DNA of 33,799 nucleotides from Xanthobacteraceae bacterium (GTDB taxonomy: Bacteria > Pseudomonadota > Alphaproteobacteria > Rhizobiales > Xanthobacteraceae), in contig DASWSO010000138.1 of assembly GCA_036402635.1 (NCBI GenBank), positions 1 to 33,799 on the forward strand, given 5' to 3'. The notes beneath the pieces are model-generated. The model worked only from the letters and a program-made list of their open reading frames with translations, ran no database searches and was not told where the DNA came from. The position numbers and the translations under genes are program-made. Positions 33,698 through 33,799 of the stretch are shown in pieces; the first letter of the stretch is position 1; each line of letters begins with the position of its first letter.

Positions 33698-33799
33698 CTG
33701 TGTCTCCTTCGGTGGTGGTGGGTCGAAATGGTGTGCCTCAGGGTGCGCCTGCGGCTCGGTCGTCGCGGCGGCACGCGGCGCTTGCTGCCCGTGCTCGGC

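Overview
This is a very GC-rich, gene-dense window. It looks like chromosomal DNA of an alphaproteobacterium, probably Rhizobiales and Bradyrhizobium/Rhodopseudomonas-like. That placement is an inference from Bug/TctC paralogues, a PFxFATGY-type receiver, an extensin-like lipoprotein and CCTCACCCTGAGGAGC-type intergenic REP elements.

I can support 33 protein-coding genes, one tentative 31-codon ORF absent from the track, two families of intergenic stem-loop repeats, a duplicated operator-like palindrome and one strong hairpin terminator.

Content from left to right:
- A GGDEF-EAL protein, truncated at the window edge.
- YqgE/AlgH.
- A periplasmic DsbD-alpha-like protein and a Prx5 peroxiredoxin.
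- A co-directional block of OYE reductase, secreted ankyrin protein, RND adaptor and RND pump, facing a divergent TetR regulator.
- A 2-hydroxyacid dehydrogenase.
- An operon of Tat-exported ABC-type binding protein, AtuA-like DUF1446, DUF4387 and a Bug binding protein.
- A translationally coupled CrtI-like flavoprotein and GT4 glycosyltransferase.
- A small SET-domain methyltransferase.
- A ChrR-type cupin.
- A seven-gene operon: Liv-type ABC transporter, a second Bug protein and a cupin.
- An extensin-like lipoprotein carrying LAS metallopeptidase motifs.
- A coupled beta-hydroxyacid dehydrogenase and epoxide-hydrolase-like enzyme.
- An orphan single-domain response regulator, then a DUF427 protein.
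- A cytoplasmic GH13 enzyme flanked by two related small secreted proteins.

Five gene junctions use 4-nt ATGA/GTGA stop-start overlaps: 6694-6697, 14148-14151, 16988-16991, 23698-23701 and 28887-28890.

I saw no rRNA, tRNA, CRISPR array, transposase, integrase or phage gene. I therefore cannot point to a mobile island or a classical defence system. The best candidates for undescribed biology are:
- the DUF1446/DUF4387 operon with two orphan binding proteins;
- the TetR | OYE-ankyrin-RND arrangement;
- the CrtI-like/GT4 pair next to the SET gene;
- the unannotated hydrophobic mini-ORF.

All family calls rest on motifs read by eye, and no database search was run.
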